Assembly: GCF_964355755.1 (NCBI RefSeq)
Contig: NC_092677.1
Coordinates: 6,098,101-6,162,100 of the forward strand
Length of the DNA: 64,000 nt
Reading direction: 5' to 3'
Source: Antedon mediterranea
Lineage: Eukaryota > Animalia > Echinodermata
Shown: piece by piece, positions 51,101 through 64,000 of the stretch
Layout of the letters: each line of letters starts with the position of its first letter
How positions within the stretch are numbered: position 1 is the stretch's first letter
Made by a program: the position numbers and the translations under genes
Notes under the pieces: generated by a model
Told to the model about the DNA's origin: nothing
The model's database searches: none
Seen by the model: only the letters and a program-made list of their open reading frames with translations

Positions 51101-51733
51101 TCTGATTTTCAACAACGGTATTGCTGGGTTGCATAATCAAGTCTACTGTTATGCCGTATACACAGCCAATTAATGCATATACAAAAATAGAAAAGCCTGT
51201 AAATATTAAAAGAGTATAATATATAATACTCAATGGTTAGAATAAAAAAATCTTATTTTACCTCTCTATAAATATTTACAATACAATATTTTTGAGCGTT
51301 TTACTTCATGTATATGAACACCATCGAGAATGTTCACTTGTCTTTTCATCAATTCCCTTTTCATCAATTCCCATTATTATACTGTATTGTGTTTAGGCCT
51401 TGTACCTCAGGATAAGAGTCTAGGAGAGGCGCAGACTGGTTGCTGTCTGCGAAAATTGTAGGCCTAAATGCTAACCCCCACCTCATAAATCGACCCTTAT
51501 ATTTGTATATAGTTGTTACCAATAATAGTGTACAAACCTGTAAAAACCACCATGTCGTCATTTATCGGTATTCCAACAATGAAGGCATCCAGTATATCAG
51601 CAGGTTTTCCTATATTAATTATAAAAAAAAAGTTAAACAAAACACTGAAATGCTATAAATGGTACTATAACTTACCGTTGAGATCTACAAAAATGTAAAA
51701 ACAAAATGTCTTACCTGTGTTATACTTGTGCAT
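48117..51733 (-). CDS. Immunoglobulin-superfamily gene B: type I membrane receptor, signal-V-C-C-stalk-TM-short tail
   Basis: Exons 51715-51733 (MHKYNT-G), 50822-51196 (V), 50260-50523 (C), 49847-50134 (C), 49603-49642 (Pro-rich, 1 nt too long), 49457-49489, 49210-49290 (TM: IKILLAGVSILYGIFLLVLPVYFWLI), 48117-48157 (NFLEYRKEHRKGM-stop). All GT-AG; all phase 1 except the donor of the 40-nt exon. Confidence 0.85.
48265..48790 (-). mobile_element. RTE-like LINE 3' fragment with an internal tandem duplication of about 197 bp, in the last intron of Ig gene B
   Basis: QQRNYSAHLIRSDNDRMTKNLFF resembles RTE C-termini; (ttta)n tail near 48270; units about 48387-48584 and 48585-48779. Confidence 0.65.
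49020..49097 (-). pseudogene. tRNA-like sequence (AGT anticodon, Thr-like): SINE head or tRNA pseudogene
   Basis: Reverse complement ctcggtggtggtctagaggtatgaacgccaggctagtgatctggaggtcgtgggctcgagtcccacccgag has A and B boxes and partial cloverleaf pairing. Confidence 0.6.
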
Positions 51734-52277
51734 GCATCCAATTTATTGTTCAATTATCGAGAATTAATAATTCAAATACAGTATAACCATTTTGGTACAT
51801 AGTTTTATTTTCAGTTTTAACCACATGGCAAATAATGGATCATTCCATTTTTATTCCAAGTTTGTGTTTATACTGTATTTTAAATGGCATTGATTCTCTA
51901 CTTCTACTTACACATGTAGAATTATGTAAGTTATGTAAATACTGAATAATATTTATATGTTATACAGTACTGTAGCGAGTATAAAATTTGCCTCTGACAC
52001 CACTACCCTGTCAAAAACAAAGCGATACTATATACAAAGGGCTATATACTCATTTGTTAATACTCATACTAGAGTAAACTAGGCTAGGCTCCAGAAAAAT
52101 TGCATTTTCGTACATGCTAATCACTTAAAATAAAACATACAGGACAGCAATAATGACATTTCTCAATTAATTTAATTTACAAAGTTAGTTAGTCTGGAAT
52201 TTGTAAAATAGATGAAGTCTCTTAGTCTTCTTATCAAACTAGAACATGGCTTGCTGATGGTAACTTCATCTTCACAA

Positions 52278-55200
52278 TTAACGACCCTTGAACCGCCCTC
52301 CACCACCAGTTTTGGCTTTCTTTTTGGCACTGCCCATTTTTGTATCAGCCTGAGAATACAATAAAACAAATTATTACTATTAATATCTAATTTTCCCAGG
52401 GCATCTGATATTCAAGATTAGAGATGTACTTTCATACAATACAATATTGAGGTTATCGTACTTTTGAAATAAAATATAATAATGTACACAAATTAAGTTT
52501 TATTATTTACTTATCTGTACTTAAATAATACAGATTTTCACTTTCTATTCAATAAAAATAGCATTACATTAATTTTAATGTAACCTTTATAAATTTCAAC
52601 CATATTCTTCTTTTTCTTGATTTTACCGTGACTTTCTTTATATCAAATCTATTTTATATCTTTTTACTATTTGTTAGTTGTACTGAGCCATTAATGAAAT
52701 AAATGTTGCTGAATTGAATGTCATAAGATAAGATAACTTTATTTGTCCTCAAGTCGAAATTATAATGCTAGTCTCACATACAAAAGTTAATAAGATAAAA
52801 AGGCATTATAAAACATAATAACAAGTTATCAATTATCTCCTTCAACAAAATCATTCAATTACTAATTACATTAACTGGTAACACATTCTAAAGTCTACTT
52901 TATGAGAAAAAAAAGGTGTGATAATGTGCCCATATATGGACATGATGTCATATCGCTACCATATTTGGGCATACTGTATCACTACCCTATTTGAACACAC
53001 ACACAAGCTAGTTTGATAGTGTAGACAGAGGTTAACAAACTTTTATCAAAGCAAACCATACCTTTCTTTTGCTTGGTTCTACAGTGACCTTGAAGAAGTT
53101 ATCCAGTCTGCCCTGTGTGCTGCCTTTTCTGGCTTTGGCCAACTTCTTGCATGCATTTCTGACACGTTCCTCACTGAAAGATTAAAAAAATAATCATAAA
53201 ATGACCGACAATGCTGCAAATGTAATAACAGTCAATACTTTTAGACATCACCATTTGTATCTAAATATAAATGTTGTAAATTAGAGATGGCCATAATTCA
53301 CATTCAATAGATACAAAATTGATGCAATATTATAATATACTGAAAATTTATATTGGGTTTTATTCTGTGGCCTATAATTTTCCCAAGCTGGTTTGTTGCT
53401 GTTAATATCTTTAATATATCTTCAAATAATTCAGTTTTCATAATTCTTATCATTATGGTATCAACTAAAACAAACTATATTTGCTACAGTGGCACAAACA
53501 TGACAACAACTTTGATATAATGTTTATTACCTAAATCCCTTTTGTGCACACAGGAACTCGACTACAGCATCTTCATCTGGATCGGTCCACTTTAGCTATA
53601 TTATATAACATTCTAATTAAAACTTATTTTCATATATCTATATTATTGTGTTTTGTGGCAAAAAAAGAAAATATATTTTACAGAAGGTAATACTGTACTA
53701 ATCATTTCCTCACTTACTCAACATTAACTAAAACCTACAATCAAATACCTGTATATAATAAAGACTATTACATCACAATACAATTTTCTTAGTAATATTA
53801 TGCACAGAATTGTCCAATATTGTAATAAAAATGGTGAATATATTATGCTTTAAATATGTATTACATCAAATGTAGATCCAGCCTCAACCTCTGGATGCTT
53901 GAACAACTCCCTAGCCTCTTTGTACAACCAGTTCTCTGGGGGTGGATATTTCTAAAAGACAAAGTATTTATAAGGTCAGCTTTGATATAATGCGCACAGA
54001 CGGAAGAGAATATTGAACCTGGTTCTTACAATGTTTCCAATAAAGCTCTGTCTACACTATCAACAATGTGACCAAAAAAAATCTGATGTGCCCATATGGA
54101 CATGATGATGTCATATCACTACCATATTTGGGCATATCACTACCATATTTGGGCACAGTTTTGTCAAACTAGTTTGATAGTGTAGACAGAGCCTAAGGGG
54201 TGAACATTTGAACAGTTTGTGTTAGTATGTAATGGACAAAGATCCTAATTGTGACAAACTTTACATTACAACTCACATCTTTAATCTTCTCAATAATATT
54301 CTCAATACACTTGTGTTCCTTGATTAGTTGGATTGCTTTCTTCGGTCCAATACCACGAATCGATTCACAATAATCGCAACCCATTAATATACACAGATCA
54401 ATGAACTAAAAATATAATAAAACATATTGGTTTAAATGTTTATGTTGAGGCCAATTTTTTTTTTTTTTTACACTAATAATCTAATAAACTAAACCATTAA
54501 CATTCCTTTACATTTTGTTAATGGACTAATTGGTTACTCATCTAAATATAGAGGGCAAAATTACATTCCAATTTTTAAGATTATTTAAACAAGCCATAAT
54601 CTACTAAATAATTCTAGACATCTTTAGATGTTAACTACTGTTAGTGACATCAAATGATGTCACCAAAATATAGAGGGCCACTATTTTTATATAATTCTAA
54701 CAAGCATAATGTACTAAATAGTCGTAGATGTATTAGGATCACTGTTACTACTCTTCCATCAAGACGTCACACTCACTTGTTCTTGATTCATGTCTAATTC
54801 TGCCAAAATGGTTGCCAACTGGTACTCTGCTACTGGTAACTTCCTACGAAAAATTAAAACAAAAATAGAAAAAACACACTACAGAAAAATCAGAAACATT
54901 TCAATGCAGTACAAAATAATAATTCTACCAAAAACCAATATTTATTTATTATTGTTTTGAATAGTTAAATAAATTGTTTTACACTACCCATGTTAAACAA
55001 ACTCACTTTGCTTCACTGGAAGTCAAATGTCTAACCATGACATTGGAACCGAAAGTAAGGGCATCCATATCTTCTGTACCAACAGCGTACACTTTGCCTG
55101 CTTTTACCAGTTCTGCACACTGGGCTTCTGCTTCACCCGGTGCCTAATCAATGAAGTAAACATATTAAAAATTAGCAGACATTAGCATTGTCCTTTGTTT

Positions 55201-56531
55201 CAAGGAAATATTAAACACACTAAAATCAGGCCTTGTCTTTTGAAAATGATAGGTGTGCTACAAATTGCACTCCCCAATACATTCAGGGGAGCTGTAGGTG
55301 TGCTGTTTGTATTTTGGTGTGTAGAAGTTTACCAAATTTAAGCGTGTTGTAAATCGCACACCTCAAGGGCAGTTTAGGAGTGAGTGATCGCACTCGCCTT
55401 AAAAGACAAGGCCTGTAAAATGTTTGTAAAATAGAAAGATTTTTGTAGTTCTCTGAAAGTAGCATAGTCAGGCATACACATTTTCAACACAGCTAGAAAT
55501 ACTGTACCTTGACAAAAGGAACTCCCATACAAGTAAGCAGCTGTTGGCATTCTTCATTATGAACTGAGCTAACACGAACCAGACGACGTTCAAACTTGTT
55601 TACCATATCTGCATCTCCTTCAGATTTGGCAATTTCAAGTTGTTTCTGTGCTTCTTCTCGACGCTCCTTCCGTTTTGTGAGTTCACCAGACTTCATTTCA
55701 GGAGGTTTGCCGTCAAAGACATAAAGAGGTTTGATGCCATTTTCAATCATTCTGATTGTTCTATAGAACATGCCAATAAGATGGCTAGGGAAAAAAAATA
55801 TAAATCAAAATAATGTAGGGCTCATATTAGGACTATGTCACGTGGCACATTTAATAAATGAAAAATAAAAGAACTTGTACTATGTGTAATAATATAATGA
55901 GGTCAGTGTAGAATGTCATTGTTTTTTCGTTACCTTGTGGTCTCTCCATCTTCATTTGTCAATTGAGACCCATCCATCCTCACAGCGATTAGAAACTGGT
56001 AGATACACATGGATGCATCAATTGCTATCTTTCTACCTAAATAAAAGTATTGATTGAAAACAAATATCTCTAGCATATTAAAATAATAAGTAAGTAGGTT
56101 TAGGAGGAAGAGGCCTATTATTGTTATAATATATTGTATTCATCATTAAAATTGGCTTATTAAACAAAATACTGAAATAATAAACAATAAAAACACAAGG
56201 AAACCTGGCCTGGTGCCCTGTGAGTGAAAGAGTAGTTAGGCTTGGAATGACTAGCTTATCATATATAATAGGATAGGCAGTACGGAGGGGAGGCCTAGCT
56301 AGCTGGCGGTGGTGGGCTAGCCCCTATCTATAACTAGCTAGGCCTAGGGTAGGCTATACTCTACTTTCTATCTAGCGTAACATACATAACATATGCTAGG
56401 CCCTACTAGCTAACAGACAGTAAAAAACATGTTTTGAGCTATAACAAACCAAAATAATTCTTTATTTCATGTTGTCTAAGTGCAGAAGGAGCATAATCTG
56501 CAAGAAATTTTGCGAGACCAAGAATTCCCAT
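52278..56531 (-). CDS. FEN1: Flap endonuclease 1, about 10 coding exons
   Basis: [87 protein letters not shown] box QGRLDNFF, basic tail ending in TAA at 52278. Confidence 0.97.
54044..54193. mobile_element. 150-bp Harbinger-like MITE; partial copies at about 52890-53030 and 63220-63315
   Basis: TIR gctctgtctacactatcaa, TAA flanks, internal atatcactaccatatttggg repeats. Confidence 0.85.
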
Positions 56532-56895
56532 CCCGAATTTTAAGGTTAATTTAGAAGAAATTAAGAGTAACTAAAAAATAATAAGCTGCTGTGTGTAACA
56601 TGTAGAATTATTTCGCGCCACTTGGTCACAAAAATAGTAAATAAAGAGGGCGGTCTTTAAACCCCTAGGCTACTGTTATTTATAGTAAAATAAATATCCT
56701 AAAACTATTATACTGCCAATACATAAAATATTACAGTTCAATAAACAGTATTCTAAATTACTGTATATACTTATTAGTATTTAAAATGATATTAACAATA
56801 GTATGTTCATTTTATATTTTCATATTATAGTACAGTAATAACTATATTATTTAAAAGCTAGGGTGTACTTTGCTGCTCATTATAAACATTTCACG
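56532..56895. promoter_or_regulatory. Probable bidirectional promoter shared by FEN1 and DDX27
   Basis: Divergent ATGs only 364 bp apart; E2F-consensus tttcgcgcc at 56611-56619 and GC box gggcgg near 56648. Confidence 0.7.
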
Positions 56896-59800
56896 ATGGC
56901 CGCCTCCAGTGTAAGTGGTTTTGTAGGTACGATCGAAGAAGATGATGATATTTCGCTTGCTTCAGAAGATACAAGTAGTGATGAAGAGGTTTGTTATTGA
57001 TATTACATCATTTTAAATATAAAGTTGACAAACAAAGTCATGTTTATTAACTTTGAGACTGTTTTCTGCACGTCGTGTTTTGGTTTGGTTGGCATGCAGG
57101 GGTGACACGTGCCTAGCTAGCTAGGCTCTGAGTCTAGATACACACAAGTAATCCTGTTGGGTTGGCGAGGCAGAGTCAGTCAATCGACATGTTTTCGATC
57201 CCATTCGAACTTCAGCCTATTAGGCCACTAAGCTAGGCAGGCCTTAATATGATATAAATATACAGTGATAGATACACACACACACACAGTAAGACAATCA
57301 ATAATAAATTATTTTATATAATAAATATGATGAATAAAGAACGGTATAAACTATTTAAAACCATATACTTATAGTCTTAGTTTTAGTAGTTATGTTATGC
57401 GCGATTTGAACGATTTGCGCAATTTGAAATTGCGCAAAAAAAATTCTTGCGCAATTTGAATTGAAACATATGTTTCAAATTGCGCAAGCAACGTATTAAA
57501 TTGCGCAAGTAATCTGCAAATTGCGCAAGGTTTTTCGACAGATTGTGAAATCATGCACACCCATATTTTTATAGTAATTTCTAAGAATGATTCAAAATTA
57601 AAGATAAATATCGCATTTCCTTATTTTAGTAGTGCAAATATTGTTATAAGTTAGCATACCGTCGAAGAACCGACGAAGGAAAACGAAGCGGTGGTGTTCC
57701 ACCAGGCGGGCGCGGCGCGGGCGGCCGGCTATACTACTCTAGCCTAGCTAGGGTCTGGACTACTGATACTGACTAGGTTACATGGCCTAGCTTAAACTAA
57801 TATTAAAAACTTAAAAAGTGAGTATTAAACATTATCTTCATTGAAATGGTCTTATTTATATAATAAAATACTAAATTTTAAACTCCTCTGCCTAGGCCTA
57901 GCCTAGCCATGTATGGGAAAATTTACAGTTCGTTTTCAAATTGCGCAACTATCTTGCGCAATTTACAAATTGTGCAGCGCAATTTAAAATTGCGCAAAGA
58001 TTTTCTTGCGCAATTTGAAATTGCGCAAATCGTTCAAATCGCGCATAACAGTTATATATACATAACTTATTATTATTAATAATGTTACTATTAATTTGTT
58101 TACAGTTTATAATTTATTTTACTTGGCAAATAGAATTTTGCTAAAGTTTATTATTTATCTATGTTTTTTATAACTTAAAAATGTTAATTGAAACTTGATT
58201 GAAACTTAATGAATCGCTATCTATCATAGTCTATAGGCCTATATTATATTAAATATTCCTGCTTGTTTTGATCCTTAAGGATCGTTAAGCAGTATTCCGA
58301 AAGAAGAAAGAAGAAAAATATATTTATTATAAACTAATACACAAGAGAAATGCAAAAATAAAATATTGTTTTAATAAATTTATCATAATCATACTGCACT
58401 TAAAATATTACTTACTGTCAGTGCTATTTTTAATCCTAAGGCGGTAGCTCCAAAACAGAAATCGAAAAAGAAGAAAATCAACAAAGATGGCTTCTCAACT
58501 GACTTTCAATTTGATGAAAAAGCTGTAAACAGTCATTTTTGGGTTGATGACTTTATCCAGGCTGCGATGCCTAAAGGCATTGTGACATCAACATTGGAAC
58601 AAAAAATCGCAAAGATCAGGAGAGAGAGGAAAAAGGTTTGCTGAATATTACAAACATTTTAAATAAATTGCCTAGACTGTGACATTCTGTAAGCAGCTAA
58701 AATATCTGTAATTTTTTTTTCATGCAACTTGACCATTTGGTCAGTGTTTTTGTATATTTTGGAAATACAGTAAAGAGAATAATAATATATAAATTATAAG
58801 GTAACAGTATTTTTATCGTCCTCAAGTTGAACTGGAAACTGAGGATTCACGGCAGCCACCGTGCAGTGTGCACCAAATTTTTGCACATGCACTTTATATA
58901 CACAGGACCAACAGCTTAACGTCCCATCCAAAGGATGAGGCAACGCGAGTGAAATCTTGCCTAAAATTTTTATTCATAATGAAATAAAATATAATTTTAG
59001 AAAGAATCTAAAGAACAACTGAACAACATGGAAGAAAAACAACCTGAAGTTGAAAACGAACAGACGACCGTAGATCTTGGTTCAGATGGAGAGAGTGATT
59101 ATGATGGTGATAATGATTTGAGATTAGACAAGATTAGAAATAAAGTTACCAGTGAGAAAAGATTGGAAAGAGAAAAGAAAAGAAATAAAGGTACCATAGA
59201 TTGTGAATAATATTTTATCCAACAATTTCATCAAAATAAACTTTTAACCTGTTAACTGTTTTAATGATTGCTGTAACTTTTTTTGTCGATAGGTATTTTG
59301 ATATATTTTAAAAATATTTTTGTATTGCATTTTTCTATCAACTCATTATTGAAGGTCTTTATCTCGGTTAGTGTCAGTTAAAAAAAAAAGAAATTGTTTA
59401 ATTACAGGTGACAATTTTTTTGAAGAAGCTCCTGAAGTTAAGTTGAAATCATCATTTGGAGACATGAACTTGTCAAGACCATTACTTAAAGTAAGATAAC
59501 AATTGCTGATTTTACTGCAGCTTGCAAAAGAATTTCTTAGTAAAACTAAAATAAAATGCAAGTTACTGTATATACAGTGTATATACCAGTTTGAATGATA
59601 TTTGCCTGTGAAAACCATCGTAGTATTAACATCTTAGTGATTTTTTAATCTTTGCATTCTGCAGGCTCTTAATGCAATGAAATTCACCACCCCAACACCA
59701 ATTCAGTCTCAAACGATTCCAGTAGCTCTACTAGGTAAAGATATCTGTGCCTGTGCTGCCACAGGAACAGGTAAGTTCAATGTCACTGTAGAAAGTACTT

Positions 59801-62800
59801 CCTTATTTGAAGAGAATTATGAGTACAATTGTTTCCATTGAATGGAAGCTCACTTGGTTTTTGATATGAACATTTCGAGTTATTTGGTAATGTTACAGAT
59901 TCATTTTTTCCTTCATGGTAATGTCTGTCTTTCTCACTTGTATCTGATACTGTTCACAGGTAAAACTGGTGCATTCATGCTTCCAGTTCTTGAACGACTG
60001 CTTTACAAGCCAAAGGAAGCCCCAACTACTAGGGTTCTTGTTCTGTTGCCTACAAGAGAATTAGGTGTTCAAGTACAATCTGTCACAAAACAACTCAGTC
60101 AGTTTGCCAAAGTAGAATCAGTTTTGGCTGTTGGTAAGTCAAAAGAAAGTGGCACTTGAAATTGAGCAACTGATAACAAATTGTCATTCATTCTCAAAGA
60201 AAGAAATGTTTAAAAATGTATTTTGAGGCACTGAATTTGATTGATCACTTTATTTCAGAATATCAGAATTGAGAATTCCATATCCAAAAAATAACAATGC
60301 AAAGAATAACGAAATTCGCACTAACATAGAATTTGTTTCCATTTAGTGAAGAGATTTGAGAATATTTGAGATATAGTACTGCGATCATTTTCACTGTTCA
60401 CAATTCTTAATTTAAAACCATAAATGCATTTGTGGACATACATGTTACTAGCACTACGATGCTAAACAACATTCACAATGAGTTGCTATATCACCCTTCC
60501 AGAGATGAAGCAAATTTTCACAGTATGATTACATCAAATGAATAATAATAATATTTTATTTACTATTTTAAAGGTTTTTCTAACAATTCAAAATGTCTTT
60601 GTATGGTGGCACTAGTTAATAATAATATCTATGTACAGGTGGTTTGGACATCAAGATGCAAGAGGCAGCCTTGAGAAAGTGTCCTGACATTGTGATTGCT
60701 ACACCTGGTCGTCTAATCGATCATCTTCACAACGCTCCCAACTTTAATTTGAGTACAATTGAGATTCTGATTCTCGATGAAGCTGACAGGTTTGTGATGA
60801 AAATCATCTTTTTTTTAAGTGGTACAAGCAAAAGTACACAAAGTATATTTTATCTATTATTTATCTAGTTTCTAAGTCTATACTTCTACAAATACGTTTA
60901 TAGTGAATTAATACAAAATATCAAAAATATATTAGGTTTGGAAGAGTTTTGAGAGAGTTTACTACCTTCAATTAACAATTAATATTTATTTTCTAAAGAA
61001 TGTTGGATGAATTCTTTGAGGAACAGATGACAGAGATTATCAGAATGTGTTCAATGAGCCGTCAAACAATGTTGTTCTCTGCTACCATGACAGATGAGGT
61101 ATTTTTACCATTTCTTAATAGGCAATTATTTTTAGTAGTAGTTACTGCAGTTATATTAGTTAGTATTATTATAGTTTCAACTGATAATTTGAACATGAAA
61201 TTGGTTTAGTGATTTTATACTTGAGAACTACCAAATTATAATCTAGGTTAAGCATAATCTTGCTGATCATACAATATTGTTTTTCTTTTTAATCCTATTT
61301 TCTAGTATCTTTTATTGAATTTTCAGGTTAAAGATTTGGCTGCTGTTTCTCTAAAGAATCCAGTCAAGCTCTTTATAAACGAGAACACAGACGTGGCATA
61401 CAAACTTCGACAGGAGTTCATTCGTATCCGTCCAAATTCTGAAGGTGATCGAGAAGCCATTGTTGCAGGTTAGAAAAACTTCTACTGTCTTGTATAAATT
61501 TACAAGTGTCAAAATATTTACAATTTATTCATTGTGCAAAAGCATTTTTTAAATTAAGCTTGTTTTTGTTTTCTTTTGCAGCCCTATGCTCTCGAACATT
61601 TCATGACCATTGTATAGTGTTTATACAGACCAAAAAACAGGCCCACCGTATGCATATCATTCTAGGGCTATTAGGCTTAAATGTTGCTGAACTACATGGA
61701 AACCTTTCTCAGTTCCAGGTACAGTAACGTGATATTTCATTATTTTACACACACACACTCAACCAATTTCTAACAATCTAAATGTTATTTGATTTTGTTG
61801 TTTAATCATTTTTATTTTCATATCTCTAGAGACTAGAAGCTTTGCGTAGATTCAAAGAGGGACAGTGTGATGTTCTACTTGCAACAGATCTTGCGGCAAG
61901 AGGCTTGGACATACCAGATGTTAAAACTGTAATTTAGCAACATTTTCTCAACACCAAATTTAAAAGATCTAAAAATAGATAGATCTCTCATTAACTGTAC
62001 AGTAAATACATCTACTGTATAATTAATATTTTTAAACAGTGTTTTTCTAATACAATATATTATTCCATTATTATTAGTACACAATGTTTTTATTTGCTTA
62101 TTTAGGTCATCAATTTCACTATGCCAAACACATTAAAGCATTATGTACATAGGGTTGGCAGGACAGCAAGAGCAGGGCGATCTGGAAGGTATACACAAAT
62201 ATGTTCTTCATACCACCATTAATGCCACCTTTTTAACAAATTTGTGTCCGTTATTGTCCACTCTAGTGGATTGTTTTGGCATCATTAAATGCATCTTCTA
62301 TACTGTAGTTCAAATAAAGTAAGATTATTCTATAGGTAATGAAAATATCCCTCCTATTTAATAAATTATTAGATAATATGGAAGGAATTTTGCTAAAGTT
62401 TTACTTTCTAAATTGTACAAATTTATCAGGTTATGAAACATATTTGTATTGTTTTTTTTTTAGATCTGTGACACTTGTTGGTGAAAAAGAAAGAAGGCTG
62501 TTGAAAGAAATAGTTAAACGTGCCAAGCAACCAGTAAAGAGTAGGGTTGTACCACTGGGTAAGTTGATATGCTACTGTTACAACAATTAAACTTTTTATC
62601 TATATTTCTAGACAAAAAAGAGAAAACCATAACAAGTCTTGACCTGTGAAACTTGCACAAAACATATTTACTTTCTATCTAATAAATTTGTTGCAAATCT
62701 ATGAATGTGAAACCTATACACAATTGCAGGGTTTCAAAATTCAGTATAGTTTATATGGGGTATAAAGCACGGCGCACACTAGAGCTTTCGGCTGAGCCAA

Positions 62801-63955
62801 CTGGCACGAGTAACACTTAGCTCACTAAAACATTTGCCGCAAATTGTGATCGCGTTCTATCGGACGCACACTAAACGCCTTCAGTACGCGATTTGCTGAT
62901 TGGATAGTTACTTAATACGCTATACGGCACGCGCTGACAAATTATAATAAATTAGAACATGTCATGCGCAGTGGAATTTTTTAGTGAGCTATCTGCTTAC
63001 GTTCGGCGCACACTTGAGGAAAATGGCACGCGTATATAAATATTAAACATGATAGATATTTTCCTCAGCGGCACGCGTGGCCGATTCCTGACAAATTCCC
63101 CGGCGCACACTGTGAGCAAAGTGTTACTCGTGCCAGTTGGCTCAGCCGGAAGCTCTAGTGTGCGCCGGGCTTAAGGGAAGCGATCTCTTGTGTTTAATCT
63201 GTGCTGTGCATATCCATATGTCCTGTCTACACTGTCAAACATTATGTGACTAAAATGTGAAAATATTTGAGCATATCACTACCATATTTGGTACTAGTTA
63301 TTGTAGACAGAGCTTTAGAAAAAATCTTCCTGCTAGTAGTAAAAAATATATTTTATGCAATACCTAACTTTTGAACATTAAAAAGAATGAATACATTGCT
63401 CATAAAGATGTGGTGCAGATATCCAAATTAATAAACACTCAAATTCGATTGTACAGTACATACAAATAGAACTGATCAAATGCAAAATTTCATATTTAGA
63501 TGTGATAAAGAAATATTCAGACAAAATTGAGGGTATGGAAGATGATGTGGAGAGGGTAGAAACTATGGAACTGGAAGAGAAAGAACTCCGAACATCTGAG
63601 AACCAATTGAACAGAGCCAAGGCACTGCTAGATAATGACAGAAATGAAGACAAGCAGAAGAGAGTTTGGTTTCAGAATCATAAACAAAGAATGCAATCTA
63701 AAGGTGCTAGATACAATATTATAAATACTGAAGTTGTCTTTAAATGCAATTAAATAATTTATTTACTATTTATATAATGTACAGTAATTTATTTCATAGA
63801 GTTAATAGACAAATAGTAGAGGATGAGATCTGAAATCTTTAAATAAAGAATTTATTTTTTCTATTTTGTTAGTCAATCAAGTGCTAGACAAGGCTGCGTT
63901 AGAACGGAAAACGAAAAAGAAGAAAGGACAAAAATTTAACAAGGAAAAAGAAACT
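56896..63955 (+). CDS. DDX27: DEAD-box RNA helicase DDX27/Drs1; 3' end beyond the window
   Basis: Acidic N-terminus, then [77 protein letters not shown], across about 15 GT-AG exons. Confidence 0.95.
57393..58050. mobile_element. Ginger-like non-autonomous element in DDX27 intron 1
   Basis: TIR tgttatgcgcgatttgaacgatttgcgcaattt at both ends, 4-bp TSD GTTA, ttgcgcaa palindromic subterminal repeats. Confidence 0.85.
58818..58965 (-). mobile_element. SINE fragment with conserved central (Nin/CORE-like) domain
   Basis: ggaccaacagcttaacgtcccatccaaagga and atcttgcctaa resemble the reverse complements of Nin and CORE SINE domains as recalled. Confidence 0.55.
62766..63171. mobile_element. PIF/Harbinger-like MITE in a DDX27 intron
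   Basis: About 52-bp TIR agc(a/c)cggcgcacactagagctt..gagtaacact with TAA on both flanks. Confidence 0.88.
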
Positions 63956-64000
63956 GTAGGTTATTTTTAGTTTACAAGTGTATCGTTTAACTTTCTATAC

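Noticed and set aside
59346-63653. Minus-strand ORFs overlapping DDX27
   Set aside because: Antisense shadows of DDX27 exons and AT-rich introns.

Overview
This is AT-rich, intron-containing animal (invertebrate) genomic DNA, not prokaryotic; a marine invertebrate such as an echinoderm is plausible but is only an inference. Five host genes can be built by hand from splice sites: two paralogous minus-strand immunoglobulin-superfamily genes (partial V-C gene at 3.9-6.8 kb; complete signal-V-C-C-stalk-TM-short-tail receptor at 48.1-51.7 kb), LRRC69 (+), FEN1 (-) and DDX27 (+, runs off the window), the last two head-to-head. The interval from 0 to 38 kb and most introns are a nested mosaic of transposon relics: LINEs, two LTR elements, and hAT, MULE-like, Harbinger-like, Ginger-like, Kolobok-like, pogo-like, Helentron-type and SINE elements. 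Most notable: (1) an LTR element made of two giant minisatellite-bearing LTRs around a 143-bp PBS+PPT core; (2) a Penelope-type insertion with two inverted hammerhead-ribozyme repeats around a tRNA-like head; (3) the V-domain receptor pair, with a recent exon duplication and a poly-C frameshifted stalk exon; (4) many probable transposon excision footprints, both P-element-like mini-palindromes and TA-CAG-TA type insertions. All coordinates and family calls come from reading the sequence by eye; no searches were run.
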